Below, piece after piece: positions 11,381 to 22,918 of a stretch of 64,000 bases of DNA. Position 1 is the stretch's first letter. The number at the start of each line of letters is the position of its first letter. The translations under genes and the position numbers were made by a program. This stretch comes from Trichormus sp. ATA11-4-KO1 (lineage in GTDB: Bacteria > Cyanobacteriota > Cyanobacteriia > Cyanobacteriales > Nostocaceae): assembly GCA_019358915.1 (NCBI GenBank), contig JAHHIM010000024.1:1-64000 (forward strand), in the 5' to 3' direction. The notes beneath the pieces are model-generated. The model ran no database searches and was not told the origin of the DNA. It worked only from the letters and a program-made list of their open reading frames with translations.

Positions 11381-11641
11381 CTACTTTTCTAATCGCACTG
11401 CGTACCACTGTAAATATTGTCCAGGGCCAATATCCAACTCACAACTCGTGTCGATTAAATATTGGGCTTGAGCTTCTACAGAATCAAAGTTTTGTAAGTC
11501 TGCTGGCAAATCATCCTCACTTATTTTTTGCAGCACTATCTTCAGCTTTGCTAATAATTCGTCTGCTGTGAGAAATTTTTCTGGTTGGTCGGTTTCTAGG
11601 ACGACAAAATCATCCTGTTGATACATTAGTGAGTCTGGCAT
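11381..11641 (-). CDS. Chlororespiratory reduction protein 7 (CRR7-like NDH assembly factor)
   Basis: MPD..MYQ.D.FVVLE start and YLQWYAVRLEK end. Confidence 0.85.
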   Translation of the reverse strand: MPDSLMYQQDDFVVLETDQPEKFLTADELLAKLKIVLQKISEDDLPADLQNFDSVEAQAQYLIDTSCELDIGPGQYLQWYAVRLEK

Positions 11642-12049
11642 TTAAGAAGTCTTATTAATAAATTATTGTTTTTCTACAACATTGTTACATGCGCATTTTT
11701 CAATATTTTTGTCTGCTAGCACTTATTACAGTTTTACTTACCACTGGTTAATATCAGTGTTATGTGAGCAAAGTCATCTACACTTAAGATTTCTACACCG
11801 TATTTAAGTAATATACTGATATTCTTACGAAAAAGTCACCTATCTTTTGTAATACATATATATAAGTATATCTATTTTAAATCAGAATTTTCACTTAATT
11901 TTCAGATCAGTCAAGCGATTGAATAATAAAGTTTGTTCTTAGCTTGATATTGACCATATGTATTTTATGTAATTATGCCAAATTCACAGATGGTAAAGCT
12001 TGCTGATGAACATGAATGGGAGTCATATAATCACAGGATTGAAGATAGC

Positions 12050-12180
12050 TAAGTAGGTAGGCACAAATAAAATCAACTATGTAAAGAAAAATGAATCAGC
12101 TTAAAACCCTCTTCCCTTCTGCCTCCTGCCTTCTGCCTTCTGCCTTATCCTAGCGATAAATTTTCCCACCCACCTACTTA
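12050..12180. mobile_element. MITE-like element with internal CTGCCTT heptamer repeats
   Basis: Inverted ends TAAGTAGGTAGG...CCCACCTACTTA; tandem (CTGCCTT/C)n at about 12119-12146. Confidence 0.65.
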
Positions 12181-12852
12181 TCCGTTTACGGCACTTTAAT
12201 AATCTCTCTACTTCCGCTCAGTTGGTGTCTAAAGTAACAGCATAAGCCAATAATTAAGGCTTACATTTGAAGTTTTACCCAACTTTGAAATAACACTTTA
12301 TTACCAGGGAAATATAAAAGTAACAATTCCTCACAAAACCGTAGCCAGACAAAGAGTAACAATTACCTTTACATCTTAAATAAATTGTCTATGCAACTTA
12401 GTGATCTAAATTTTTCTTGGCTCAATTGCCTTGAGCCATCTTATATCCACAAAAACTTACTTGTGCAGCCACATAAACTTGGTATGCAAGTTCTCGTACT
12501 GATGAGAATGCGATTATTTCCAGGCGATGGACAAATAGGCTGTTTTCAATATCCGCTTACAAGTCGCTATTTACATAAATTATTTAAACAGAGGTTAATG
12601 CTGTTAAATACAAAACAAATAGTTAGAACAGTAAAAAATTCTTCACTTGTTTGTTTCAATCCGGTAACAACTAAGCAACCCTTGTAGTCATAAAAAAGGT
12701 TGTACTTATTTATTTTTTACCAAATAGTTTTTGCAGTAGGATTCTCTCTGCTGTAAAAAATTCTCGCTCGCAGACTATTTAGAGATGAGGTCTAGCAGGT
12801 TTTCCTCGATTTGCCCATACCCGATACTCTCAATTTCAGTGGAACGCAACTC

Positions 12853-13875
12853 ATGTCAGGCATAAGCCCATTTTCTATTCCCAAACAACCTCCAGTCATT
12901 CTGGTGGCTGATGATGACAAGACCATCCGAGTACTGTTGCGTGAAGCTATGGAACACGAAGGCTATCGAGTCGTCGAGGTCAGTGATGGTAAGCAGTGTT
13001 TAGATGCTTATGAAACCGTCAAACCAGATATAGTCTTACTAGATGCCATGATGCCTGTAATGGATGGCTTCACTTGCTGTAAGCAGTTGCTGCAAATTGC
13101 CAGAAATAATTTGATGTCAGCACTTGCTAGCCTTGATACTGAATCTGCTTTGGGCAATACTGTGATTTCCAAGATATGGGAGCGCACCCCCATATTGATG
13201 ATTACAAGCTTAAATGATGAAGAGTCAGTAGATCGGGCTTTTGACGCAGGGGCTACAGATTATGTCACTAAGCCAATTCATTGGGCAGTATTACGCCAGC
13301 GATTACGAAGACTATTACAACAAGCACAAGTATATAAACAGTTAGAGGCGGCAAACTTAGCTTTGCAGCATCTCGCCAACGTGGATGGGTTAACTGGGCT
13401 GGCTAATCGTCGTCGCTTTGACGATTATTTAAATACGCAGTGGATTAATTTAGCACAGGAGCAATCTCCTCTATCGCTGATTTTGTGTGATATTGATTTT
13501 TTTAAATTTTACAATGACCACTATGGTCACCCAGCCGGGGATCTTTGCATCCGCAAGGTAGGTACAGTTTTGAGCCATAAAGCACAAAAAACTCAAGATT
13601 TAGTAGCACGTTATGGTGGCGAAGAATTTGCTGTAATTATGCCACATACCCATGAATCTGGTGCATTTCATGTTGCCTCAGCCATGCAAGCTGGAGTTAG
13701 GAATTTGCAAATTGTTCATAAAGGGTCTGCCGTTGGTCAGTATGTCACTATGAGTATGGGAGTAGCGACTATTATCCCTACCTGGGAATCCTCACCTTCC
13801 GATTTGATTGTGGCGGCGGATCAAGCACTTTACCAGGCAAAAGAACAGGGGCGCAATCGTATCATCCTCAAGTGA
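12853..13875 (+). CDS. Response-regulator diguanylate cyclase (REC-GGDEF, PleD-like)
   Basis: VADDD/LLDAMMP/KP receiver, DGLTGLANRR, RYGGEEF; ATG at 12853. Confidence 0.9.
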   Translation: MSGISPFSIPKQPPVILVADDDKTIRVLLREAMEHEGYRVVEVSDGKQCLDAYETVKPDIVLLDAMMPVMDGFTCCKQLLQIARNNLMSALASLDTESALGNTVISKIWERTPILMITSLNDEESVDRAFDAGATDYVTKPIHWAVLRQRLRRLLQQAQVYKQLEAANLALQHLANVDGLTGLANRRRFDDYLNTQWINLAQEQSPLSLILCDIDFFKFYNDHYGHPAGDLCIRKVGTVLSHKAQKTQDLVARYGGEEFAVIMPHTHESGAFHVASAMQAGVRNLQIVHKGSAVGQYVTMSMGVATIIPTWESSPSDLIVAADQALYQAKEQGRNRIILK

Positions 13876-13898
13876 GTGCTACTCAAAGTGCTTCCTTC

Positions 13899-13980
13899 CT
13901 GAGTGCGCTTGCCCTGAACGAAGTCGAAGGGGAGTGCTGAGTGATTTATTTTTCCCAATGCCCAATGCCCTATTCCCCAC
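13899..13980 (+). repeat. Dispersed intergenic repeat, copy 2, followed by CCCAATG heptamer repeats
   Basis: Matches 11151-11196; TCCCAATGCCCAATGCCCTATTCCCCA follows. Confidence 0.8.
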
Positions 13981-15192
13981 CTAAGATGGATACACTGGCA
14001 ACGTGAAATGGAACCACGCACCGTTATTGGGGGCAGAATCTACCCAAATTTGGCCGTAATGCGCTCGAATGATACGTTGGCATAAACAAAGACCAATGCC
14101 GTAACCATCTATACCTTCATCGCGTTGGAGTCGGAAGTGGTTTTCAAAAATGCGATCGCGGTTTTCTATCGGTATACCAGGGCCAGTATCACCAATACTG
14201 AATTGCACTTTTTGGGTGGTGCGGTGCAATCCGGCAATGCTAATTTTGCCACCCTCTGGTGTGTATTTTATGGCATTATCTAACAGATTGGTCAGCACTT
14301 GGCGCAAACGTTCTGGGTCAGCATATACGCTTGGTAAATCTTTAGGAATATCCGTTTCAATTTGTTGGGATTTGGCAATGTAGCGATCGCGCAATTCTGC
14401 CAACACGTCTAAGCAGAGTTTGCCAATTTCCAATTTTTGCGGTGTGATGGGTAGTTCTGTATCGTTTCCCCGGCCTACCTGCAAAAGGTCAGCGATCATG
14501 CGGTCAATTATTTTTGTTTGACTACGGGCTTGTTTGAGTAAATGCGCCGTCATTGCTGGTTTGAGTCGCTGAAATTCACCAGTTTCTGTATTGTAGTTAG
14601 ATTGTAGAGTTTCTATGGCGATCGCCGCAGCTGTTAAGGGATTGCGGAGGTCATGTGCCAGCATGGCTATCACCCTGTCTTTAAATTGTAGCTGCTCCTG
14701 AAGTTTCTCTTTTTCTTGTTTTAAGCGAAAAATTTCGTCTGAGAGTTTGATGAGTTCCGCAGACACAGCCACGGAACTAATTGTTGATTTAGGTGATGAT
14801 ACCCAATTGTCATCTATCTTTTCTTGCAAGTCTTCTTGCAATTTTAAGTAAGCGTCTACAGATGTTTGCCAGCGAGGCCACCAGTTTTTCAATTGGGCGA
14901 TGATATTACTCCCAGCGATAATCTGTCTGGGTTCTGGGTGGATTTTAATTAAAGCTGGGGTGGCTACTAATTTAAAATGTTCTGCTAAGTATGGTTGTTG
15001 CCCGACATCGATAATTTGAAGTTCAAAGTTATACTCAGCCTGCAATTCTTTTAAGTAAGCACGGATGCGCTGCACCTGTTGTCGGGACTTTGGTCGTCCA
15101 TCAACAAATAGCAACAGTTGGAGTGGAGCCTCAGAATAAATCGGCTGATCCTGGGAAACTTGCATGTAATCGTGTTTCAGCACTGGTAACAA
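13981..15192 (-). CDS. sasA: Circadian output histidine kinase SasA
   Basis: KaiB-like N-terminus ([24 protein letters not shown]), AHDLRNPL H-box; true start may be a few codons in. Confidence 0.9.
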   Translation of the reverse strand: MLPVLKHDYMQVSQDQPIYSEAPLQLLLFVDGRPKSRQQVQRIRAYLKELQAEYNFELQIIDVGQQPYLAEHFKLVATPALIKIHPEPRQIIAGSNIIAQLKNWWPRWQTSVDAYLKLQEDLQEKIDDNWVSSPKSTISSVAVSAELIKLSDEIFRLKQEKEKLQEQLQFKDRVIAMLAHDLRNPLTAAAIAIETLQSNYNTETGEFQRLKPAMTAHLLKQARSQTKIIDRMIADLLQVGRGNDTELPITPQKLEIGKLCLDVLAELRDRYIAKSQQIETDIPKDLPSVYADPERLRQVLTNLLDNAIKYTPEGGKISIAGLHRTTQKVQFSIGDTGPGIPIENRDRIFENHFRLQRDEGIDGYGIGLCLCQRIIRAHYGQIWVDSAPNNGAWFHFTLPVYPS

Positions 15193-15314
15193 CCTGGCGA
15201 CGCTTTGCTTTACAGAAAGTAGAATGGACTAACGGTTGTCGATGGTCGTTGTTTTTCTTCAATTTAATATCTATTTTAGATTTTTCATACTCCTATCTGA
15301 TTGGTGTTTTTGAT

Positions 15315-16835
15315 ATGAGATATATGTTTTTTAGCCTTTTGCTGCCTTTTTCTTTAGTTTCTGTTTCAGGAACTGCCCTATCTGCCGAATATCAGTCTCA
15401 ATCTGCCCCAAATCAAAATCTTACATCAAAGCCAACAGGTGAAAAATTTTATACTGAGGCCGGGCGACTGGTGCAGCAACAGATCAATTTAATTGCTCGC
15501 ATTGAGCAAGCACTGATTGAGCCAGATGCTAATCGGATGCGAGCGGTGCGAGGGCAATTAACATCCCAAGTCAAGACAGTAGAAGGTTTTCTGCACCGTC
15601 AGCACAAAAACTCTAAAACTTTGTGTAGCTCTAGAGCGGATTTATCGAGAAATCTTTCCCCCTTACCTGACCCGTTAACCGAAGCCCAAGCTCAAATTTA
15701 CTGCTCTTTGGCTGCTTCTAGCCAGGAATTATTAAAATTGGCGCCAATACTAGACCTGCTGTTATCCCGACGGGGTGAATTAGCCTTAATTAGACAGCTA
15801 CCTCTAGTCACTGGGGAACGCCAATCAGATCCTGTACTTTCTCTTGCACCAATGCAGTATCCCCATCTGGAAAAGTTAGCGATACCTTTCTCTACATGGG
15901 AACCACATTTACCGAATGACAATTTAGGAACACAAGCAGCGTCTTCAGAATCATCATCCCTACCCGTACAAGTAATTGGTAGGACTGCGAAAACAGCCAT
16001 AGCCAGTTATGTACCACCTCGACAACCTGCGATCGCCGCGCCTGAAGCATCACTTATTACTTTAGCAACTGCCAAACAAATTTTAACAGCTACACAAACT
16101 GCATTTCCCCCAGAAATCCACTTTACAGATCCTTGGGAAAATGCGGCGATACTCGAGCGCTTTGCTTACGACATCGACCCCCAAGAACCACAAACTTACG
16201 CCAAGTTTCTGGAATTGCCTCGAACTGGTATTTTTCGTGTACTACAGTCTTCAGTTTACCAACGTCCACTGAATACACTGAGAAATCGTTTGCAACCCAG
16301 TGTGAGCGATCGCTATCCTTTCCCATTTTTGGGTGATGCTAAGGAGGGATTTAATCCTAGTTTAGCACTTCAGGTGATCGGAAAGCGCTTTCAGTTGGTA
16401 GATCAAGGGGTGAATTACAGTTTCATGGTGGATGTTGGTAATGTACCCCTTGAGGAGTTGGATGAGACATTGCAAGCTGTAACGTCACCAACGCGAGAAT
16501 TTTTACTAAACTACAGACCGCCCCAGCAGTTAGATGCTTTACAAATAGAAAAACGGCGATTCTTGACTGGCAAAGACCAGAACTGGAACCAAAGTCAAGT
16601 GATTTTAGCCAATGCTAAAGCCGAGTTAAATCATACTTATATAGTGCGATCGCTGCAATTCCAACTACCAGAAAATGTCTTCAGTGGTCAACCTATTTCT
16701 GTAAACCAGCCACAACAGATACACAGCAGCGATATTCTCCTAGCCTTCCGGCCAGTTCGCCGCCGTTCTGATGGCAGTTACACAGTGCTTTGGCGAGTTT
16801 TAAATCAGTTACCCGCACCGCAAATCGAAGATTAA
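15315..16835 (+). CDS. Hypothetical exported protein
   Basis: Long ORF; ATG at 15315 gives a signal-peptide-like N-terminus and avoids overlap with sasA. Confidence 0.7.
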   Translation: MRYMFFSLLLPFSLVSVSGTALSAEYQSQSAPNQNLTSKPTGEKFYTEAGRLVQQQINLIARIEQALIEPDANRMRAVRGQLTSQVKTVEGFLHRQHKNSKTLCSSRADLSRNLSPLPDPLTEAQAQIYCSLAASSQELLKLAPILDLLLSRRGELALIRQLPLVTGERQSDPVLSLAPMQYPHLEKLAIPFSTWEPHLPNDNLGTQAASSESSSLPVQVIGRTAKTAIASYVPPRQPAIAAPEASLITLATAKQILTATQTAFPPEIHFTDPWENAAILERFAYDIDPQEPQTYAKFLELPRTGIFRVLQSSVYQRPLNTLRNRLQPSVSDRYPFPFLGDAKEGFNPSLALQVIGKRFQLVDQGVNYSFMVDVGNVPLEELDETLQAVTSPTREFLLNYRPPQQLDALQIEKRRFLTGKDQNWNQSQVILANAKAELNHTYIVRSLQFQLPENVFSGQPISVNQPQQIHSSDILLAFRPVRRRSDGSYTVLWRVLNQLPAPQIED

Positions 16836-16873
16836 TGTTTGTATGTAGTGAGGACTTTAGTCCTCTTTAGAAG

Positions 16874-17107
16874 CTAATCTATTTCAGTCTTATGTCCCTT
16901 ACCTTTCGCAGCTTCTAGCTTTTGGCGAATTGCTGCTTGAATTTTTTCATCAAAATCAGGGTCGTCTGGACTGGTAATCACTGTATGTGAGTGCTGATTG
17001 AGTCTATCCAAGTATGCCTGAAAAGCAGCCTTATCGTGACGGTTATTAAGAAAGTAGCGTTTTAATTCAGTATCTGACATGCCATTATAATTAACTTGAC
17101 TCATCAA
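16874..17107 (-). CDS. Small protein, DUF6887-like
   Basis: MS..ELKRYFL..R.D..AF.AY.DR pattern; start overlaps the upstream stop. Confidence 0.65.
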   Translation of the reverse strand: MMSQVNYNGMSDTELKRYFLNNRHDKAAFQAYLDRLNQHSHTVITSPDDPDFDEKIQAAIRQKLEAAKGKGHKTEID

Positions 17108-17289
17108 ACTACCTCTCCATTGAGTAATATTTGCAACTCAAGCTCTTCGTTTTGCCCAGCTAGGATGTAAATGTTACGAGTTCTATTATCAAGGCAGATG
17201 AGGTGTATTGGCTGAAGCATAATATACGTCAGTTGATAGCCGACGCGATATAAACTCTCTAATTGAGCTTGAGTAGCCATTTCAGTCAA
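17104..17289 (-). CDS. Small protein, DUF6888-like
   Basis: T.AQL.SLYR..YQLT....QPIHL..D.RT.NIYILAG pattern; coupled to the DUF6887-like gene. Confidence 0.6.
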   Translation of the reverse strand: MTEMATQAQLESLYRVGYQLTYIMLQPIHLICLDNRTRNIYILAGQNEELELQILLNGEVV

Positions 17290-17379
17290 TCAATTCATCT
17301 ACCGTTAATTTTCATCAGCCATCACGATTATCGAGTAAGGTTGAAGCGAGAAAAACACTGACTACAACCTTTACAAAAT

Positions 17380-17547
17380 AAGGAAGAAGTTAGGAGAAAG
17401 AAGGAAGAAGGAATAACAAAAACTTTAGTTGTGGGTTTAGAGCCGCACTTTAAAAAAGATGTTTTTTGTGCTGCGCAGCGCCAAAAAACGGCTTCGGAGT
17501 TTCAATCCCACTTTTTAAAATGTGGGTCTCTTCTTCCCTCTTCCTTC
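17380..17547. repeat. MITE-like element with GAAGGAAGA/TCTTCCTTC inverted ends
   Basis: Purine-rich left end and complementary pyrimidine-rich right end, with internal inverted segments. Confidence 0.45.
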
Positions 17548-17562
17548 GTGAACCTTAAATTT

Positions 17563-19167
17563 TTAAATTTTTTGTGCAGTAACTTCCTCTTCTTTCTCTT
17601 TGGTTTGCAAAGATGCGTAAAGCCGATTTAACGCATTAACATAAGCTTGTGCAGATGCAACTATGATATCTGTGTTGGCTGCATGACCGGAAAACACCCT
17701 GGATTGGGATCTTAGACGAATTGTTACTTCACCAATGGCATCAATCCCGGCTGTGACTGACTGTACAGAAAACTCAATCAACTCGTTAGGTACGTTCACT
17801 ACGCGGTTAATTGCCTTATAAACAGCGTCTACTGGCCCAGTACCAATTGCTGCATCGGTTAATTCTGCACCATCTGGGGTGCGGAGGGTGACTGTAGCCG
17901 TGGGTTTAGCATTACTACCACAGGAAATTTGCACTAGTTCTACTCGGAATAAATCGGGTGCTTGTTGAATTTCATCATTAACAATAGCTTCTAAATCCCA
18001 ATCAGAAATTTCTTTCTTTTTGTCGGCTAATTCTTTAAACCTCACAAAGGCTTTATTTAATTCGGTTTCTGATAGTTCAAAGCCTAATTCTGTCAAGCGG
18101 GTACGGAAAGCATTTCTCCCGGAATGTTTACCCAAAACTATTTGATTGTCTGTTAAACCAATCAATTGGGCATCCATAATTTCGTAGGTGAGCTTATTTT
18201 TTAAGACCCCATCTTGATGAATACCAGACTCATGAGCAAAGGCGTTTGCTCCAACGATGGCTTTATTAGGTTGTACTAGCATTCCCGTTAAATTAGAAAC
18301 TAGACGGGAGGTTTTGTAAATTTGACGGGTGTCAATTTTTGCTAACGGTTCTTCAGAATCTGCTGGTCTTCCCAAAAAAGGATTGAAATATTGTCGCCGG
18401 ACGTGCAACGCCATTACCAATTCTTCTAAGGCTGCATTTCCGGCTCGTTCACCAATACCATTGATGGTACATTCTAATTGCCTTGCGCCATTTTTTACGG
18501 CTTCTAAGAAGTTGGCAACTGCTAAACCTAAATCATTATGTCCGTGAACAGAAATAATCGCTTGGTTAATATTGGGAACATGCTCTTTAATGCCCTTAAT
18601 TATTGCCCCAAATTCGCTAGGTGTTGTGTAACCGACAGTATCAGGAATATTAACTGTTGTGGCTCCAGCTGCGATCGCTCGCTCTAATACTTGGTAAAGA
18701 AATTCTGGGTCAGAACGTCCAGCATCTTCGGGGGAAAATTCGACATCATCGGTGAAACTCTTAGCATAAGCCACCATTTCTTCGGCGATGGCTAGTACTT
18801 CTGATTTGGTTTTTTTCAGTTTGTATTGGAGATGAATATCAGAAGTTGCAATAAAAGTATGAATTCTGCCATGAGCAGCTGGTTTAATTGCTGCGGCTGC
18901 TGTTTTTATATCATCATGTCTAGCTCTGGCCAAACTACAAATTATCGGGCCATCTTCTGTTCCCACAATTTGGGCAATTTTGTTGATTGCGGCAAAGTCT
19001 CCCGGACTAGCAAAGGCAAAACCTGCTTCAATTACATCTACTCCTAAACGTGACAATTGTTTAGCGATCGCTAGCTTCTCGTCTATATTTAGTGTTGCTC
19101 CCGGACATTGTTCTCCATCTCGGAGTGTCGTATCAAAAATGATAATTCTCTCAGGTTTGCTCATCAT
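17563..19167 (-). CDS. leuA: 2-isopropylmalate synthase
   Basis: [31 protein letters not shown] and C-terminal regulatory domain. Confidence 0.96.
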   Translation of the reverse strand: MMSKPERIIIFDTTLRDGEQCPGATLNIDEKLAIAKQLSRLGVDVIEAGFAFASPGDFAAINKIAQIVGTEDGPIICSLARARHDDIKTAAAAIKPAAHGRIHTFIATSDIHLQYKLKKTKSEVLAIAEEMVAYAKSFTDDVEFSPEDAGRSDPEFLYQVLERAIAAGATTVNIPDTVGYTTPSEFGAIIKGIKEHVPNINQAIISVHGHNDLGLAVANFLEAVKNGARQLECTINGIGERAGNAALEELVMALHVRRQYFNPFLGRPADSEEPLAKIDTRQIYKTSRLVSNLTGMLVQPNKAIVGANAFAHESGIHQDGVLKNKLTYEIMDAQLIGLTDNQIVLGKHSGRNAFRTRLTELGFELSETELNKAFVRFKELADKKKEISDWDLEAIVNDEIQQAPDLFRVELVQISCGSNAKPTATVTLRTPDGAELTDAAIGTGPVDAVYKAINRVVNVPNELIEFSVQSVTAGIDAIGEVTIRLRSQSRVFSGHAANTDIIVASAQAYVNALNRLYASLQTKEKEEEVTAQKI

Positions 19168-19259
19168 TTTGGCTCGTTGTTTTAGTTTTTACTGTTCGCT
19201 TAAAATATCTTGAACCTTAGTTTTTTACTCTTAGCATTTGTAAATATTTATTAAGCCGA

Positions 19260-19781
19260 TTAACCTTCTACTTTTTCTATACTGTCTCTGATATCATTTA
19301 AATCAATATATCTATCCGTAGCATTACGTAATTCTCTAGCTATCATGCCTTCTGTCGATACTACTGTAATATGCGTATTTTTTGAACGTAATAATTCAAT
19401 TGCTCTTTCAAAATCTCCATCACCACTAAATAAAACGACCCTATCGTATTGATCTACTGTATTAAACATATCTACGACAATTTCAATATCTAAATTGGCT
19501 TTTTGGGAGTAGCGACCGGAAGAATCATCATAATATTCTTTGAGAATTTTAGTTCGTACTGTATATCCTAAACTAATGAGAGCATCTCTGAAACCTCGTT
19601 GATCTTGTGGGTCTTTTAAGCCAGTGTACCAGAAGGCATTGATTAATGTTGTGTCTGATTGCTCGTGTTTGAAGTATTCTAATACTCTTCTTGGGTCGAA
19701 AAACCAACCATTCTTTTGTTGAGCATAGAACATATTGTTTCCGTCTACAAAAATAGACAGACGATTCATTGGGGAACCCAT
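19260..19781 (-). CDS. LabA/NYN-domain protein
   Basis: IFVDGNN, KANLDIEI, SGDGDF, LRNATDRYIDL. Confidence 0.88.
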   Translation of the reverse strand: MGSPMNRLSIFVDGNNMFYAQQKNGWFFDPRRVLEYFKHEQSDTTLINAFWYTGLKDPQDQRGFRDALISLGYTVRTKILKEYYDDSSGRYSQKANLDIEIVVDMFNTVDQYDRVVLFSGDGDFERAIELLRSKNTHITVVSTEGMIARELRNATDRYIDLNDIRDSIEKVEG

Positions 19782-20497
19782 AGAAAAATACACCTAATAT
19801 ATAGAAAAGAATTTAGATTGAACAATAGATTATAGCAATTCTCAAATGATAAATTTGCTAATATCCTTAAAGCAGGTTTTTATGTATAGCTTTTATCTTA
19901 CCTCTTTCACAGCATAAAATTGGCTAAAACATTGGACTTAAGGTGCTGGGACTTGAACCTTTTCACCTTTAACACTATAAGAGATACCTCGTGCTCAAAA
20001 TCTACCAATAAATTTGACTGAGTAACAGCATTCTTAGCTATATAACTGTCAAGTTTACTTCTAAAGAGGTAAAGCATAGGTCTTGCGGTAGGATACAGGA
20101 TGATGACCATCTATAAGTTTTGTCGTCAACAAAAGTACAAGCTTTATGGTAAATTCAGTCTTGTACAAGAGGAGCAAGTTGTACCATAAGAAACTCCTCA
20201 CAGATCAAGTCTAGGAGGCATACCCGTTGGTTTGAGAAAATCAAATCTTACCGCAACAAAGTGCTGAAATAGAGCATTTCCGACTCCAGTCTGAGGCAGA
20301 ATCACGGCTTTGATCTCAATTAAGAGAATAAGTTAGCCAGTATCTGGGTTAAGAGCCAACTGAGTCGAAATTTCTTAACCCAAGTTTGGTCAAAAATATC
20401 AAAGACATTACAAAAGTATAAGATTCTCATTTAAGTCTTATTTCAATCTTGAATAAATAAATAGAGTAGTAGTACGTAAACCAACTATTAACACGAT

Positions 20498-22825
20498 ATG
20501 GCAGAAGAACCTACATCTACCTTAACCAAAAAATATGTTTCTGCTGCCAATATAACGTCAAGTAAACCGACAAAAGTGACTGTGACAGCATCACGCCAGT
20601 CACTGCTAATGGCTCGCTTAGGTCATTTGCTAACTGGTGCTTCCGCAGTAGGTGCAGCATTGCTAACTATCTCTGGTTTGGGTTGGGTTCAATTGATGGA
20701 AAGTCAAACGCTTTCCACATTTTTTCAACTGCGTGGGCCGATAACACCTCCGGAAAATATCGTAATTTTGGCAATTGATGATCAATCAATATCAGTTCCC
20801 GAACAGTACTATAAAACAGATCCGCAACAGTATGCCTACTTAGAACCACTTAAGTCTTTTCCTTTTAAACGCGCTGCATACGGTAAAATAATTGAAAAGT
20901 TGACTAAGGCTGGTGTACGTTCCATAGCACTGGATGTAGTTTTTGATTTGCCTAGTATTTACGGAATTGCTGACGATCGCCAATTCCAGGCAGCATTACA
21001 AAAATACGGCAGTAAAGTTACCTTAGCCGCACTCTACGAAAATTTTGCAACGCACCAAGGCACCTTTATGCAACTGAGGCTACCCCAGGAGATGTTGCAC
21101 ACAGGTTCGGTGTCAATGGGTACGGTGAATTTTCCTTTAGAGGTAGATGGCAAGGTTCACCGATTAGCTAGCGAATTTTCTCAATTAGTAGCCGCAGATC
21201 ATAACCTCTCCGTGACAGTCCGTGACTTTGATCAAGCAGTGTTGCAGACGGCGCAAATTAATTATCCCCAGCCAAAAGGCGATCGCATTCATTTTTGGGG
21301 GCCGAGTGGGACATTTGAGACAATTCCCTTATGGCATGTGCTTGACCCAGCAAACTGGGATACTTATTTACAACAGGGAAAAATATTCCAAGATAAAATT
21401 GTCATCATTGGGGCAACAGCCCAGTTAGGCAATGATTGGCATGGTGTAGCAGTTGCTAATACACCTGAAAAGATGTCAGGAGTGGAAATTCACGCCAATG
21501 CGATCGCCACTTTAATGACAGGGAAAGCAATTAGTCAAGCAATTAAAAGTCCACCTCTGCAAAGTTTGTTTGTACTGCTGCTAGTGGGTAGCACAGTATT
21601 AATTATTACTAGAAGTAAGCGGGGAATTACTAGATTCATCTCTAGCTTAGCCTTAGCTACTATTTGGGGCGGAATTAGCTATGTGATTTTTGTTTCTAGT
21701 CAATTAATTTTGCCGACTGCCATACCCATGATCGCGATCGCCTTTAATGGGTTATCTTATTTAGGAACCGAAGTCGCCAGAGAAAAACTCAGAACCCGCC
21801 AACTAGTAACTATTTTTCAGAGATATAAAACTTCTCCCGTAGTCCAAGAGATTATCAGCCAACAAAACGACCTGCAAGATTTACTTCAGCAAAGAGATTT
21901 GGCAGTCACCGGAAAAATCTTGGCTGGACGCTACAAAATTGTTAAAGTTCTTGGTTCCGGTGGATTTAGCGAAACCTACATTGCCGAAGATATCCAACGT
22001 CCGGGAAATCCCAGATGTGTTGTCAAGCAACTCAAACCAGCCAACACTCAATCAAAAGGGTTAGAACTTGCCAGACGTTTATTTAACTCAGAGGCGCAAA
22101 CACTAGAAAAATTAGGAAAGCACCACCAAATTCCTCAACTTCTAGCTTATTTTGAACAAGATGAAGAATTTTATTTAGTGCAAGAGTATATAGTCGGTCA
22201 TCCTCTCAATCAAGAACTGCGATCGGGCAGAGCTACTGAAGAAATTGCAGTTATCAATATTGTACAGGACTTGTTGCAAATATTAATATTTGTTCATGAA
22301 AACGGTGTGATTCACCGGGACATTAAACCCAACAACATTATCCGGCGACACTCAGACCGCAAGCTGGTATTAATTGACTTTGGCGCTGTGAAAGAAGTCT
22401 CCACATTGCCTTTTGACAGTCCAGAGCAAAGCCCCTTCACTATTGGTATTGGAACTAAAGGTTATGCACCAAGCGAACAATGTTTTGGCCGTCCCCAATA
22501 CAACAGTGATATCTATGCAGTGGGGATGATTGCGATTAAAGCTTTAACTGGTATCTCACCCCACGAGTTTGATAGAGATGCTCATGGAGAGTTGGCATGG
22601 AGTGAAAAAGCATTAGTAAGTCAATCTTTGGTAAATATTCTCAATAAAATGGTAATGGATGATACCAAACAGCGCTATCAGTCTGCATCAGAGGTTCTCA
22701 AGGATATCAACGAGTTAATAGATTCGCAAAACAGCAACTCTGCACTACAAAATGACTCATCTTCAGAAGCATCAGAAACTATCACACAACTTTGGCAAGA
22801 ATCATCTTCAGACACCACCATTTAA
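20498..22825 (+). CDS. CHASE2-domain membrane Ser/Thr protein kinase
   Basis: IVILAIDD and GVEIHANAI (CHASE2), three TMs, GSGGFS, HRDIKPNN, DFG. Confidence 0.9.
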   Translation: MAEEPTSTLTKKYVSAANITSSKPTKVTVTASRQSLLMARLGHLLTGASAVGAALLTISGLGWVQLMESQTLSTFFQLRGPITPPENIVILAIDDQSISVPEQYYKTDPQQYAYLEPLKSFPFKRAAYGKIIEKLTKAGVRSIALDVVFDLPSIYGIADDRQFQAALQKYGSKVTLAALYENFATHQGTFMQLRLPQEMLHTGSVSMGTVNFPLEVDGKVHRLASEFSQLVAADHNLSVTVRDFDQAVLQTAQINYPQPKGDRIHFWGPSGTFETIPLWHVLDPANWDTYLQQGKIFQDKIVIIGATAQLGNDWHGVAVANTPEKMSGVEIHANAIATLMTGKAISQAIKSPPLQSLFVLLLVGSTVLIITRSKRGITRFISSLALATIWGGISYVIFVSSQLILPTAIPMIAIAFNGLSYLGTEVAREKLRTRQLVTIFQRYKTSPVVQEIISQQNDLQDLLQQRDLAVTGKILAGRYKIVKVLGSGGFSETYIAEDIQRPGNPRCVVKQLKPANTQSKGLELARRLFNSEAQTLEKLGKHHQIPQLLAYFEQDEEFYLVQEYIVGHPLNQELRSGRATEEIAVINIVQDLLQILIFVHENGVIHRDIKPNNIIRRHSDRKLVLIDFGAVKEVSTLPFDSPEQSPFTIGIGTKGYAPSEQCFGRPQYNSDIYAVGMIAIKALTGISPHEFDRDAHGELAWSEKALVSQSLVNILNKMVMDDTKQRYQSASEVLKDINELIDSQNSNSALQNDSSSEASETITQLWQESSSDTTI

Positions 22826-22827
22826 TC

Positions 22828-22916
22828 GGCGGTTGCTGAACAAGATTTCAAACTCTTACTCTCTGCGCCTCTGCGCCTTTGCGTGAAACAAATTCATATT
22901 CTCAATCAGCAACGCC
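22828..22916. mobile_element. MITE-like element with GGCGTTGCTGA-type inverted ends
   Basis: GGCGGTTGCTGA...TCAGCAACGCC ends with internal CTCTGCGC repeats; related ends near 11366-11377 and 27968. Confidence 0.65.
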
Positions 22917-22918
22917 AT

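Noticed and set aside
12385..12687. 100-aa ORF upstream of the diguanylate cyclase
   Set aside because: No recognisable motif or ribosome-binding site; probably leader or regulatory DNA.
15090..15314. N-terminal extension of the 581-aa ORF
   Set aside because: Overlaps sasA on the opposite strand; the signal-peptide-like start at 15315 is more plausible.
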